Shown: positions 25,701-35,426 of the stretch, one piece after another
How the letters are laid out: every line of letters begins with the position of its first letter
How positions within the stretch are numbered: position 1 is the first letter of the stretch
From: Heterodontus francisci
Lineage: Eukaryota
NCBI RefSeq assembly: GCF_036365525.1
Contig: NC_090396.1
Location: 66,689,488 to 66,753,188 of the forward strand
DNA length: 63,701 bases
Direction: 5' to 3'
Translations under genes and position numbers: made by a program
Notes under the pieces: generated by a model
Database searches by the model: none
Told to the model about the DNA's origin: nothing
The model's input: the letters and a program-made list of their open reading frames with translations, nothing else

Positions 25701-28700
25701 ATTTCAGAAGGTTGGCAGAAAAGGAGGTGCAGAAGGTTTATTAATAAAGGATGAGATCTGCACCGTAGTGAGAAATCATCTTGGTTTGCAAGATCAAGAT
25801 GTAGAATCAGTTTGGGTGGAGATAACAGCAAGGAACAGAAGTCACTGGTAAAGTGGTCTATATGCCCCTAACAGTAGCACAGTGTAGGACAGAGTATAAA
25901 CCAAGAAATAATAGGGTTTGCAAGAAAGGTACTGCAATAATCTCGGAGGACTGTAATCTTCATATAGCTTGTACAAATCAAATGGTCAAGGATAGCCTTG
26001 AAGACTAGTTCATAGAGTATATTCGGGACAGTTTTAGAAAGCGACTTCTTTCCCTTGCTCTCTAAAATGGTTCCAGCACAGGAGGCCGCCATTTGGCCCA
26101 TCTGGTCTGCGCCTGCTTTCTGTAGGCAACTCAACCAGTCCCGCTCTCCTGCCTTTGCCTCACAGCCCTGTAAATTTTCTCTTCAGATAATTATCCAATT
26201 TCCTTTTGAAAGCCACGATTGAATCTTCCTCCATTACACTCTAAGACAGCACATCCCAGTTCCTAACCGCTCACTGCGTAAAAGATATTCCTCATGTCGC
26301 TGTTGGTTCTATGGCCATTCACCTTAAAATTGATGTTCTCTGGTTCTCAACCTTTTTGCCAATGGGAACAGTTTCTCCCCATCTATTCTGCCCGGACCCC
26401 TCATGATTTTGACAAAAAGATATTTCATAATTCTCAACAAAAATATATTCCACTGAGAAATAAAGACTCTATGGGACAGATGAGCCATCCGTAGCTAAAT
26501 AAGGAGGTCAAGGATGGTATCAAATTGAAAGAAAAGGCATACAATGTTGCAAAGATTAGTGGTAGACCAGAAGATTGGGAAAATTTAGAAACCAGCAAAG
26601 GATGACCAAATAAAAAAGGAGAAAATAGAGAGTAAGCTAGCAAGAAATAAAAAAAGACAGACAGTAAGAGCTTCTAGATTAGATTAGAGATACAGCACTG
26701 AAACAGGCCCTTCGGCCCACCGAGTCTGTGCCGACCATCAACCACCCATTTATACTAATCCTGCACTAATCCCATCTTCCTCCCAAACATCCCCACCTGT
26801 CCCTATATTTCCCTACCACCTACCTATACTAGTGACAATTTATAATGGCCAATTTACCTATCAACCTGCAAGTCTTTTGGCTTGTGGGAGGAAACCGGAG
26901 CACCCGGAGAAAACCCACGCAGACACAGGGAGAACTTGCAAACTCCACACAGGCAGTACCCAGAATCGAACCCAGGTCCCTGGAGCTGTGAGGCTGCAGT
27001 GCTAACCACTGCGCCACTGTGCCGCCCTACAAATATATAAGTAGCTAAAGTAAACATGAGGATGAAACTGGGGATTAATAGTGGGAAACAAGGAAATGGC
27101 AGCAACTTTGAACAAGTATTTTGTATCTGTTGTCACGGCAGAAGACATTTCCCCCCTGATTTTCTATTATTGGGATAAAGGGAGGGAGAGACTTAAAACA
27201 AATCACTAGAGAGAAAGTGCTAGTAAAACTAATGGATCCAAAGGCTGACATGTCCCCCGGACCTGATGACCTGCAGCCTAGGGTCTTAAAAAATGTGGCT
27301 GCAGAGATAGTGGATGCATTGGTTAGAATTACAAGAATTCTAGATTCTCAAAAGGATTGGAAAACTGCAAATGTAATGCTCCTAGTCAAGAAGGGAGTAA
27401 GCAGGAAACTATAGGCCAGTTAACCTAACATTTGCCATTGAGAAAACATTGGAATCCATGATTAAGGAAGTAGTAGCAGGACATTTATAATTTCATAAAA
27501 CAAAGCAAACAGAGTCAACATGGTTTTATGAAAGGAAATAGCATTTAATTAATTAAAGTACTTTGAGGATGTCATGAGCAGGGTGGATAAAGGGGAACCA
27601 GTCTATGTAGTGTATTTGGATTTCCAAAAGGCATTCGATAAGGTGCCACATAAAAGATTACAACACAAGATAAGAGCCCATGATGTTGGGTCTCACATGG
27701 ATCAGTGCTGGGGCCTCAAATATTTGCAATCTATATGAATGACATAGATGAAGGAACTGTGTATTGTAGCCATATTTGCTGACAGTACAAAGATAGGTAG
27801 GAAAGCAAGTTGTGAAGAGGACTCAAAGTCAGCAAAGGGATATAGATAGGTTAAGTGAGTAGACAAAAATTTGGCAGATGAAGTACAGTATGGGAAAATG
27901 TGAGGTTATCCACTTTGGCAGGAAGAATTTAAAAAAAGCAAATTATTTCAAATGGAGAGACTACAGAATGCTGCAGTACAAAAGGACCTGGGTGTTCTTG
28001 CACATGAAACACAAAAAGCATGCAGGTACAGCAAGTAATTAGGAAGGCAAATGTAACACTGGCCTTTATTGCAAGGGGACTGGAATATACAAGTAGGGAA
28101 GTCTTTCTACAACTGTACAGAGCTTTGGTGAGACCACACCAAGAGTACTGCGTGCAGTTTTGGTCTTATTTAAGGAGGGCTATAGTTGCATTGGAGGTAG
28201 TTCAGATAAGGTTCACTGGGTTGATTCCTGGGAAAAAGGGATTGTCTTGAGTAGAGGCTCAACCTTTCCTCATTAGAATTTGAAGAATAAGAGGGGATCT
28301 TGACATGGTAGATGCCGAGAGGATGTTTCCTCTCTCGGGTGAATCTGGAACGAAGGGTCATAGATTCAGAATAAGGGGTCTCCCATTTAAGACAGTGATA
28401 AGGAGGCATTTCTCTGAGGGTCTTGAATCTTTAGAATTCTCTACACCAGACAGATGTGAAGCCAGAGTTATTAAATGTATTCCAGGCTGAGATACAGACA
28501 GATTCTTCAACTATAAAGTCAAGGGTTATGGAAAACAGGCAAACAAGTGGAGTTGAGATCAAGATCAGATGAGCCACGATCTCATTGAATGGCAAAGCAC
28601 GACTGAGGGGCCATATGGCCGACTCCTGCTCCTATTTATGTTCTTATAAATACTGTGGCAAGAATGGCAGGTCAGAGGCTGGGAATTCTGCGACGAGTAA

Positions 28701-30275
28701 CTCACCTCCTGACTCCCCAAAGCTGATATCCACCATCTACAAGGCACAAGTCAGGAGTGTGATGGAATATTCTCCACTTGCCTGGATGAGTGCTATTCCA
28801 ACAACACTCAAGGAGCTCGACGCCATCCATGACTAAGCACACCACTTGATCAGCATCCCTTCCATCACCTTAAACATTCACTCCCTTTACCAGTGACACA
28901 CAGTGGCCGCAGTGTGTGCCATTTACAAGATGCACTCCTTCAACAGCACCTTCCAAACCTGCGACCTCCGACACCTAGTGGAGCAAGAGCAGCAGACACA
29001 TGGGAACACCAACACCTGCAACTTCCCCTCCAAGCCACACACCATCCTGGACTTGGAACTATATTGCTGTTCCTTCACTATCACGGAGTCAAAAACCTGG
29101 AACACCCTTCCGAACAGCAGTGTGGGTGTATCTACACCACATGCGGGCAATTAGGGATGGGCAACATATGCTGACCTTGCCAGCTATGCTCACATCCTAT
29201 AAACAAAATAACTCCTGCTCCATCCAACAACAGAATAGATGGAACAGGTATCTTCCTTTGTGAAATCAAATGTATAAAAGATCGTGCTTTGAAAGTCAAA
29301 AATCAAAACAGAGAAATGTTTTAGAAGCATACAGAAAGGTTTTAGGTTTTGAAGAGATGCAAGTTTTAGTAAATCTAAGATAAAAGCCAGGGATTCAATC
29401 TCAATTCTAACTCATTTTTCATCTTTGCAGCTTGAGGCATCATCACCCTACATAAATGCAAAGTCAGTACTGCTGAGTACATGTACTACATCACTGCCAC
29501 AGTGCTGTAACATCTTCTAGAATTAGTAACACTACCTGTGTGCTGGACCAGGGCTCACAGTTCAGGAGACAACTAAGGCAGAGGGGATGTAGGTGATTTA
29601 GAACAAACAAAAGTATAAACTGAAAGAAAATTCAATCAGTTACATTATTTTATTCTAGTCAAAAGGTTCTGCAACTCATTAGGGAATATTCTAGGAAGGA
29701 CTACAGGAAATAGAGTGAAAAAAGAATAGTTCAGAAAACAATTGTGATGCCATTGTACCTTGCAAGAGATTAGGACGTAGTGTTGTACTCTCCTTCAAGT
29801 CTTTTAGTAAAGCAGCAATTTCTTCCTTAGTCAAATCCTTGTTGCCTAATGGCATTTGCAATGCCGCAGTGTCCATCAGCCTCACTGACCTGTTGTCTGA
29901 ATTCTGACAGCTTACCAACTTATGAGGAGTCTCCACTCCAAATATCTGCTCTCTAGTTAATACCATTGAATCCCACCACTTACTGGCCAAGTTCTTCTTG
30001 AGTTCCATTCCCAAATGTCCATAATTGTACCAACCATTGATGAGAGAGTCTTGGGTAATTACATCTCCAGTTATAAAATGCCTACTCTGGCAAAGCTCAA
30101 TCAGCGTTTCAGTGAATCCTGAAAGGTCAGAGGTGGATTTATTGTATTTTCTTGACACCAGACAAAAGCCAAAGATATGCCAATCTTGTTGAAACACTAT
30201 ATTGGAGATCTTCCATTGCTTCAGGAATGACTGAACAGGAAATTTCATAATCAATCCCATGATGGTGAGTTTCAT
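4640..30275 (-). CDS. POLG2: DNA polymerase gamma accessory subunit POLG2, 3'-partial; exons complement(29759..30275,21836..21965,21004..21109,14930..15103,12013..12153,6755..6835,4640..4740); final exon not found in window
   Basis: All exons have GT-AG boundaries and consistent phases. The spliced peptide contains recognisable POLG2 motifs: [51 protein letters not shown] and VWPGYLET. Lies downstream of DDX5 on the same strand, as in mammals. Confidence 0.95.
6755..6835 (-). CDS. POLG2: POLG2 coding exon 6 (81 nt) [27 protein letters not shown]
   Basis: tttag| acceptor, |gtgtgt donor. Confidence 0.95.
7480..7990 (+). mobile_element. CR1 (HER1-like) LINE 3' fragment
   Basis: ORF 7491-7844 [15 protein letters not shown]...[13 protein letters not shown]; tail gggccgaagggcctgtttctgtgctgta. 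Confidence 0.9.
8301..8650 (-). mobile_element. HE1 / V-SINE
   Basis: tRNA-like head (TGGCGCAGTGG ... GGTTCAATTC), V-domain gtgtggagtttgca.gttctccc.gtgtctgcgtgggttt, CR1-type tail with (tctaaa)n. Confidence 0.88.
8860..10893 (+). mobile_element. Nested cluster: old CR1 (8860-9180 + 10648-10893) containing SINE B (-; 9181-9357 + 10465-10647), itself containing a young CR1
   Basis: The split halves of each host element resume collinearly across the inserts. Confidence 0.8.
9358..10464 (+). mobile_element. Young 5'-truncated CR1 LINE with open RT C-terminal frame
   Basis: ORF 9419-10228 contains [18 protein letters not shown] and RPHLEYC; ends in a (tgttctt)n tail. Confidence 0.93.
10891..11220. 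mobile_element. Possible non-autonomous DNA transposon (Harbinger/MITE-like) end
   Basis: Abrupt CpG-rich block starting GGGCTGAATTTT. No matching second terminal repeat seen. Confidence 0.35.
12013..12153 (-). CDS. POLG2: POLG2 coding exon 5 (141 nt) [47 protein letters not shown]
   Basis: aaaag| acceptor, |gtatgt donor. Confidence 0.95.
12200..12757 (-). mobile_element. CR1 LINE 3' fragment (resumes at about 13994-14060)
   Basis: ORF 12448-12756 [17 protein letters not shown]; tail ctcgaggggccgagtggcctactcctgctcc. Confidence 0.88.
12760..13993 (+). mobile_element. Young 5'-truncated CR1 LINE with long open RT frame
   Basis: ORF 12800-13738 ([25 protein letters not shown]); (tgttctt)n tail; inserted into an opposite-strand CR1. 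Confidence 0.95.
14160..14570 (-). mobile_element. Old Deu-domain SINE (SacSINE1/AmnSINE1-like)
   Basis: Reverse complement resembles the clearer copy at 63215-63455 (gatcc...ggcattattggaa...agttctt...tggtgttc; ttgcagtgcacaaattg). Confidence 0.6.
14930..15103 (-). CDS. POLG2: POLG2 coding exon 4 (174 nt) FAKSPSSF...[18 protein letters not shown]...SNLK
   Basis: ttgtag| acceptor, |gtatgc donor. Confidence 0.95.
15216..15793. mobile_element. Possible MITE / non-autonomous DNA transposon
   Basis: Imperfect terminal inverted repeats GGGACAGAAATTGG (15216) and CCAATTTCTTCC (15782-15793); no coding capacity. Confidence 0.4.
16290..17025 (+). mobile_element. Probable LTR fragment
   Basis: Non-coding block with AATAAA near 16840 followed by a motif shared with 149-689. 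Confidence 0.35.
17539..17679 (-). mobile_element. Short Penelope-derived element with hammerhead-like core; 11-bp TSD TCCTCCTCACA
   Basis: Matches the terminus of the 31995-34332 element. TSD copies at 17528-17538 and 17680-17690. Confidence 0.85.
17640..17677 (-). ncRNA. Minimal type-I hammerhead ribozyme motif
   Basis: Minus strand reads CAGTT CTGATGA A AGGTC ACA GACCT GAAA TGT T AACT: conserved core, stem II, stem I AGTT/AACT. Confidence 0.65.
21004..21109 (-). CDS. POLG2: POLG2 coding exon 3 (106 nt) [35 protein letters not shown]
   Basis: taaag| acceptor, |gtaaga donor. Confidence 0.95.
21836..21965 (-). CDS. POLG2: POLG2 coding exon 2 (130 nt) [43 protein letters not shown]
   Basis: ctacag| acceptor; the AAG|gtgaga donor is the one that keeps the frame. 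Confidence 0.93.
24490..24675 (-). mobile_element. Short Penelope-derived element; 16-bp TSD CAAAAAATGTCTTATA; internal micro-inversion
   Basis: Collinear with 31995-32185. TSD copies at 24474-24489 and 24676-24691. Confidence 0.85.
24812..24912 (-). mobile_element. Short Penelope-derived element with hammerhead-like core; 11-bp TSD GGCTATTTTTA
   Basis: Minus strand CAGTA CTGATGA AAAGTCACCAACCT GAAA CGT T AACT. TSD copies at 24801-24811 and 24913-24923. Confidence 0.82.
25060..29200 (+). mobile_element. Mosaic of decayed LINE-B (25060-25630, 28655-29200) and CR1 fragments (25633-28630, with a minus-strand piece at about 26060-26410)
   Basis: [29 protein letters not shown] and [12 protein letters not shown] remnants. 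Confidence 0.8.
26675..27027 (-). mobile_element. HE1 / V-SINE, full length
   Basis: GGGCGGCACAGTGGCGCAGTGGTTAGCA head, V-domain, CR1-type tail with (tctaa)n. Confidence 0.9.
29759..30275 (-). CDS. POLG2: POLG2 first coding exon (start ATG 30275, or downstream ATGs at 30260/30248)
   Basis: ORF 29691-30275 contains [32 protein letters not shown] and LRPNLLQG. Phase-1 donor G|gtacaa; upstream acceptor ctacag| at 30376. Confidence 0.9.
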
Positions 30276-32095
30276 TTATAAGGATTCATAAAGGAAGAAC
30301 GATCCGAGTGATTTGTCATATTGGAATTCTTGGCACCAATCATGCTGGCAAGAGTAGTCTTAAAGTTACAAAACATCTGTAGCAAAATAAACAGAATTTG
30401 TAAATAAAAGTACATTTTATTCACAGTAATAAACACATTTTCCCCCCTTTTCCAAACTCTATAAAAACAGAACTATAGGTTCTCATTAATCACTGCCATG
30501 ATAATCAGAAGGTTATTCAGCTTAGTTCAGGATAAGAACACAACTACAAATTAAATATTTAATAGACCCTCTAAAGAGTTCAGTGATTATATATATTTTA
30601 CAGTACAGTACTACGCTACAGGTTTATTTGTACTCTGCGATGAATTAGAATTAATCTCAGCTAACAGCAGCTACGGCTATAATTTATCATGGCAGCCCTG
30701 CGGTAGGGAGTGGAGAGGGGTGGGGATGGGGGGATGGGGGGAGGGGGGACATCATCCAGGGTTCCCACTCCTAATTACAATCCAATGAATCATGTTGGAA
30801 ATCATCTATTTGGATATCAGGTGAGGAAGAAAATCAGTCTTTGCTGTGATTCCACTAGATATATCTAGGCTCACACATAAAACAAGCAAACCCTCACTAA
30901 GGTGAGGTATACAATGGCTGTCTTCCCAGTCCCATAGCCCCTTCCACACCCACTTTCCTCTGCAGCAGAAAACATTGCAATCTAACTGCTCTCAACAGGC
31001 AAAGGAAGAACAAACTCTCAGAATCATTACAGTGCAGGAGACGACATTCAGCCTACTGTGTCTTCACCAGCTCTTCGCGACACCACCACCTTCTCCCCAT
31101 AACCCTGCACATTCTTCCTTTTCAGATAACAGTCTAATTCCCTTTTGAATGCTTCAATTGAACTTGCCTCCATCACACTCTCAGGCTGAGCATTTCAGAC
31201 TTTAACCACTCACTGCGTGAAAGTGTTTTTTCTTGAATCGCTTTTGCTTCTTTTACCAATTACTTTAAGTCAGTGCCCCCCCTCGTTCACAATCCTTTCA
31301 GGAGTGGAAACAATTTCTCCCTATTTACTCTGTCCGAACCCCTCATGATTTTAAATACCTCTATCAAATCTCCTCCCAGCCTTCCTTTCTCCAAGCAAAA
31401 GAGTCCCAACTTCGCCAATCTACCTTCATAACTGAAGCACCTCATCCCCAGAACCACTCCTGAATCTTTTCTGCATTCTTTCCAATGCATTCACAATCTT
31501 TCCTAAGTGTAGTGCCCAGAATTGGATGCAATACTCCAGCTGAGGCCGAACTAGTGTCTCATACAAGTTCAACATAACCTTCTTGCTCTTGTACTCTATA
31601 CCCTTATTAATAAAGCCCAGGATACTGTACATTTTATTAACCACTCTCTCAACCTGTCTTGTAACCTTCAATGACTTATGCACATATATACCCAGGTCCC
31701 TCTGCTCCTGCACCCCCTTCAGAACTGTGCCCTTTATTTTATATTGTCTCTCCATGTTCTGCCCCCTGTCCGCCCATTCCACCAACTTGTCTATGTCCTT
31801 TTGAAGTTCTACACTATCCTGCTCACAGTTCACAATGCTTCCAAGATCCGTATCATCTGCAAACTTTGAAATTGTGCCTTGTACACCAAGTTCTAGGTCA
31901 TTAATATATCACAAAAAGCAAGGGTCCCAACACTGACCCGAGGAACTCCACAACAAACCTTCCTCCAGCCCAAAAATAAATCAATTAACCATTAAAATAA
32001 AAGCAAAATACTGCGGATGCTGGAAATCTGAAACAAAAACAAGAAATGCTGGAATCACTCAGCAGGTCTGGCAGCATCTGTGGAAAGAGAAGCAG

Positions 32096-32133
32096 AGTTA
32101 ACGTTTCGGGTCAGTGACCCTTCTTCGGAACTG
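32096..32133 (-). ncRNA. Minimal hammerhead-like motif in PLE terminus (core variant CCGAAGA)
   Basis: Reverse complement of 34231-34268. Confidence 0.55.
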
Positions 32134-34230
32134 ACAAATATTAGAAAAGTCACAGATTATAAGCAAGTGAGGTGGGGCTGGGGCAAGAGATAACAAAGGA
32201 GAAGGTGCAGATTGGACCAGGCCACATAGCTGACCAAAAGGTCACGGAGCAAAGGCAAACAATATGTTAATGGTGTGTTGAAAGACAAAGCATTAGTACA
32301 GATTAGGTGTGAATACACTGAATATTGAACAGCAAGTGTAAACCTGAAAAAAAACCTGAAAAAAACAGTAGGTAAGCAAACTGAACAAACTAAGATGAAA
32401 TGAAATAAATGCAAAAAAAGATAGTAAAAAATGTAAAAAAGAATGTTAAAAAAAAAAAGAAAAAATAACTAAAAATGAAAGTAAAATGGGGGGCTGTCAT
32501 GCTCTGAAATTATTGAACTCAGTGTTCAGTCCGGCAGGCTGTAGTGTGCCTAATCGGTAGATGAGATGCTGTTCCTCGAACTTGCGTTGATGTTCACTGG
32601 AACACTGCAGCAATCCCAGGACAGAGATGTGAGCATGAGAGCAGGGGGGAGTGTTGAAATGGCAAGCAACCGGAAGCTCAGGGTCCTGCTTGCGGACTGA
32701 GCGGAGATGTTCCGCAAAGCGGTCACCCAGTCTGCGCTTGGTCTCCCCAATGTAGAGGAGACCACACTGTGAGCAGCGAATACAGTATACTACATTGAAA
32801 GAAGTACAAGTAAATCGCTGCTTCACCTGAAAGGAGTGTTTGGGGCCTGGGATAGTGAGGAGAGAGGAGGTAAATGGGCAGGTATTACACCTCCTGCGAT
32901 TGCAGGGGAAGGTGCCCTGGGACGGGGACGAGGTGGTGGGGGTAATGGAGGAGAGGATCAGGGTGTCACGGAGGGAACGATCCCTTCAGAATGCTGACAG
33001 GGGAAGGGAGGGGAAGATGCGACTGGTAGTGGCATCACGCTGGAGGTGGCGAAAATGGCAGAGGATGATCCTTTTGGATATGGAGGCTGGTGGGATGAAA
33101 AGTGAGGACAAGGGGAACCCTGTCACGGTTCTGGGAGGGAGGGGAAGGGGTGAGGGTAGAGGTGCGGGGAATGGGTCGGACACGGTTGAGGGCCCTGTCA
33201 ACCACAGTGGGGGGAAATCCTCGGTTGAGGAAAAAGGACAGGGTTCCCCTTGTCCTCACTTTTCATCCCACCAGCCTCCATATCCAAAGGATCATCCTCC
33301 GCCATTTTCTCAACCTCCAGCGTGATGCCACTACTAAACGCATCTTCCCCTCCCTTCCCGTCAGCATTCCGAAGGGATCGTTCCCTCCGTGACACCCTGG
33401 TCCACTCCTCCATTACCCCCACCACCTCGTCCCCGTCCCAGGGCACCTTCCCCTGCAATCGCAGGAGGTGTAATACCTGCCCATTTACCTCCTCTCTCCT
33501 CACTATCCCAGGCCCCAAACACTCCTTTCAGGTAAAGCAGCGATTTACTTGTACTTCTTTCAATGTAGTATACTGTATTCGCTGCTCACAGTGTGGTCTC
33601 CTCTACATTGGGGAGTCCAAGCGCAGACTGGGTGACCGCTTTGCGGAACATCTCCGCTCAGTCCGCAAGCAGGACCCTGAGCTTCCGGTTGCTTGCCATT
33701 TCAACACTCCCCCCTGCTCTCATGCTCACATCTCTGTCCTGGGATTGCTGCAGTGTTCCAGTGAACATCAACGCAAGCTCGAGGAACAGCATCTCATCTA
33801 CCGATTAGGCACACTACAGCCTGCCGGACTGAACACTGAGTTCAATAATTTCAGAGCATGACAGCCCCCCATTTTACTTTCATTTTTAGTTATTTTTTCT
33901 TCCTTTTTTTTTTAACATTCTTTTTTACATTTTTTACTATCTTTTTTTGCATTTATTTCATTTCATCTTAGTTTGTTCAGTTTGCTTACCCACTGTTTTT
34001 TTCAGGTTTTTTTTCAGGTTTGCACTAGCTGCTGTTCAATATTCAGTGTATTCACACCTAATCTGTACTAATGCTTTGTCTTTCAACACACCATTAACAT
34101 ATTGTTTGCCTTTGCTCCGTGACCTTTTGGTCAGCTATGTGGCCTGGTCCAATCTGCACCTTCTCCTTTGTTATCTCTTGCCCCAGCCCCACCTCACTTG
34201 CTTATAATCTGTGACTTTTCTAATATTTGT

Positions 34231-34268
34231 CAGTTCCGAAGAAGGGTCACTGACCCGAAACGTTAACT
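34231..34268 (+). ncRNA. Minimal hammerhead-like motif in PLE terminus (core variant CCGAAGA)
   Basis: CAGTT CCGAAGA A GGGTC ACT GACCC GAAA CGT T AACT; palindromic ACGT in place of helix III. Confidence 0.55.
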
Positions 34269-35010
34269 CTGCTTCTCTTTCCACAGATGCTGCCAGACCT
34301 GCTGAGTGATTCCAGCATTTCTTGTTTTTGTTTCAATTAACCATTACTCTTTGTTTCCTGCCACTCAGTCAATTCCGTATCCATGTTACTACTGTCCTGT
34401 TTATTCCGTGAGCTATAACTTTGCCCATCGGTCTGCTGTGCGGCACTGCATCAAATGCCTTTTGGAACAGCACATCAACTGTATTGCCCTCATCAACCCC
34501 TTTACCTCATCAAATAAACTCCAGCAAGTTAGTTAAACATGATTTTCCCTCAAGAAATCCATGCTGGCTTTCTTTAATTAACTCACATATGTTCATGTGA
34601 CTATTAATTTTTGCCCCAAATTATTCTTTCTCGAAGCTTCGCCACCACCATAGTTAAACTGACCAGCCTGTAGTTGCTGGGGGTAATTTTAAACCAACCA
34701 CAATAGGTGGGGGCGTTAAACTGTCAGATTTGCAAAACGCTTTAACTACAACGAGTTTCGGGGAAGCCAACTGACCTGCCTTGCAGAGGCGGGTCTGTAA
34801 TTATAATATTCAAATAAAGCTCCGTTCCTGAAATGTTTGCAGCAATTCGAAGTTAATGCCTCCTGGATGTGTTTCCCAGGGGGTCAGGAGCAGCAAGAGG
34901 TGTTTCTTTAAAGAGCACAGCTTGTGGGCCAGGAGAAGCAAGAATGCTTTCCCCAACTCTAAAGCAAATCTCTGCCAACTCAATGCCCACAACGTTTCAA
35001 GTGTCCTTAC

Positions 35011-35330
35011 CTGCAGCTGAGGAAAACCACCTCACACACTTAAAAAGAAATTTTTAAATATTTACCACCGATTGCCGGCGCCGCTCTCTGAGCTGACGGT
35101 TGAACGGTGCTGTTCAAATGCAGCGCGCGCCACCTACAGCCTGCCTTTCCGTTCCGCGCGACTTTCATGACATCACTTCCCGGATGTCATCATCAGCCAC
35201 GCATGCGCGGTTGTCCCAATCGCACCCATCCCTCCCGCTTGGTAAAGGAGATGTGTCTGCCATATTGGTAAAGGAGCGACCATCTTACCATCCGCGAGAG
35301 CCCCGTCCCAGCGATGTCCGCATAGTATTT
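35011..35330 (-). promoter_or_regulatory. Candidate POLG2 promoter / non-coding first exon (CpG-rich; NRF1-like and ETS-like motifs)
   Basis: Locally CpG-dense. CACGCATGCGCG at 35198-35209, ACTTCC/CCGGAT at 35175-35185, CCAAT at 35216-35220. Candidate donors at 35066 (GTG|gtaaat) and 35011 (CAG|gtaagg); an acceptor exists at 30376. Confidence 0.5.
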
Positions 35331-35426
35331 TGAGATTCCAGCAAATTAAACGCCTATAAAACATTCAGTATTAGTGTAGTAACTCTTATCCTTGTGGAGG
35401 GTAAAAATTGATTTTTCATGAGTACA

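Larger units (their letters stand above)
31995..34332. mobile_element. Penelope-like retroelement (GIY-YIG endonuclease region), head-to-head inverted dimer with 14-bp TSD TCAATTAACCATTA
   Basis: ORFs 32497-32826 (-) and 33250-33861 (+) encode CNRRRCNTC...NVVYCIRCSQCGLLYIGETKRRL..RF.EH...GLN, a PLE GIY-YIG domain. Arms about 32029-33124 and 33237-34335 are near-perfect reverse complements. TSD copies at 31981-31994 and 34333-34346. Confidence 0.93.
31020..34680 (-). mobile_element. Decayed CR1 LINE split by the Penelope insertion (31020-31994 + 34347-34680)
   Basis: ORF 31426-31833 LVRPQLEYCIQFW; RT sequence resumes after the TSD. Confidence 0.8.

Noticed and set aside
35040-35168. Minus-strand 42-aa ORF MKVARNGKAGCRWRALHLNS... 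resembling a mitochondrial presequence for POLG2
   Set aside because: Its phase-1 donor (35066) joined to the 30376 acceptor gives G|AT GTT TTG TAA, an immediate stop; no convincing in-frame acceptor found.
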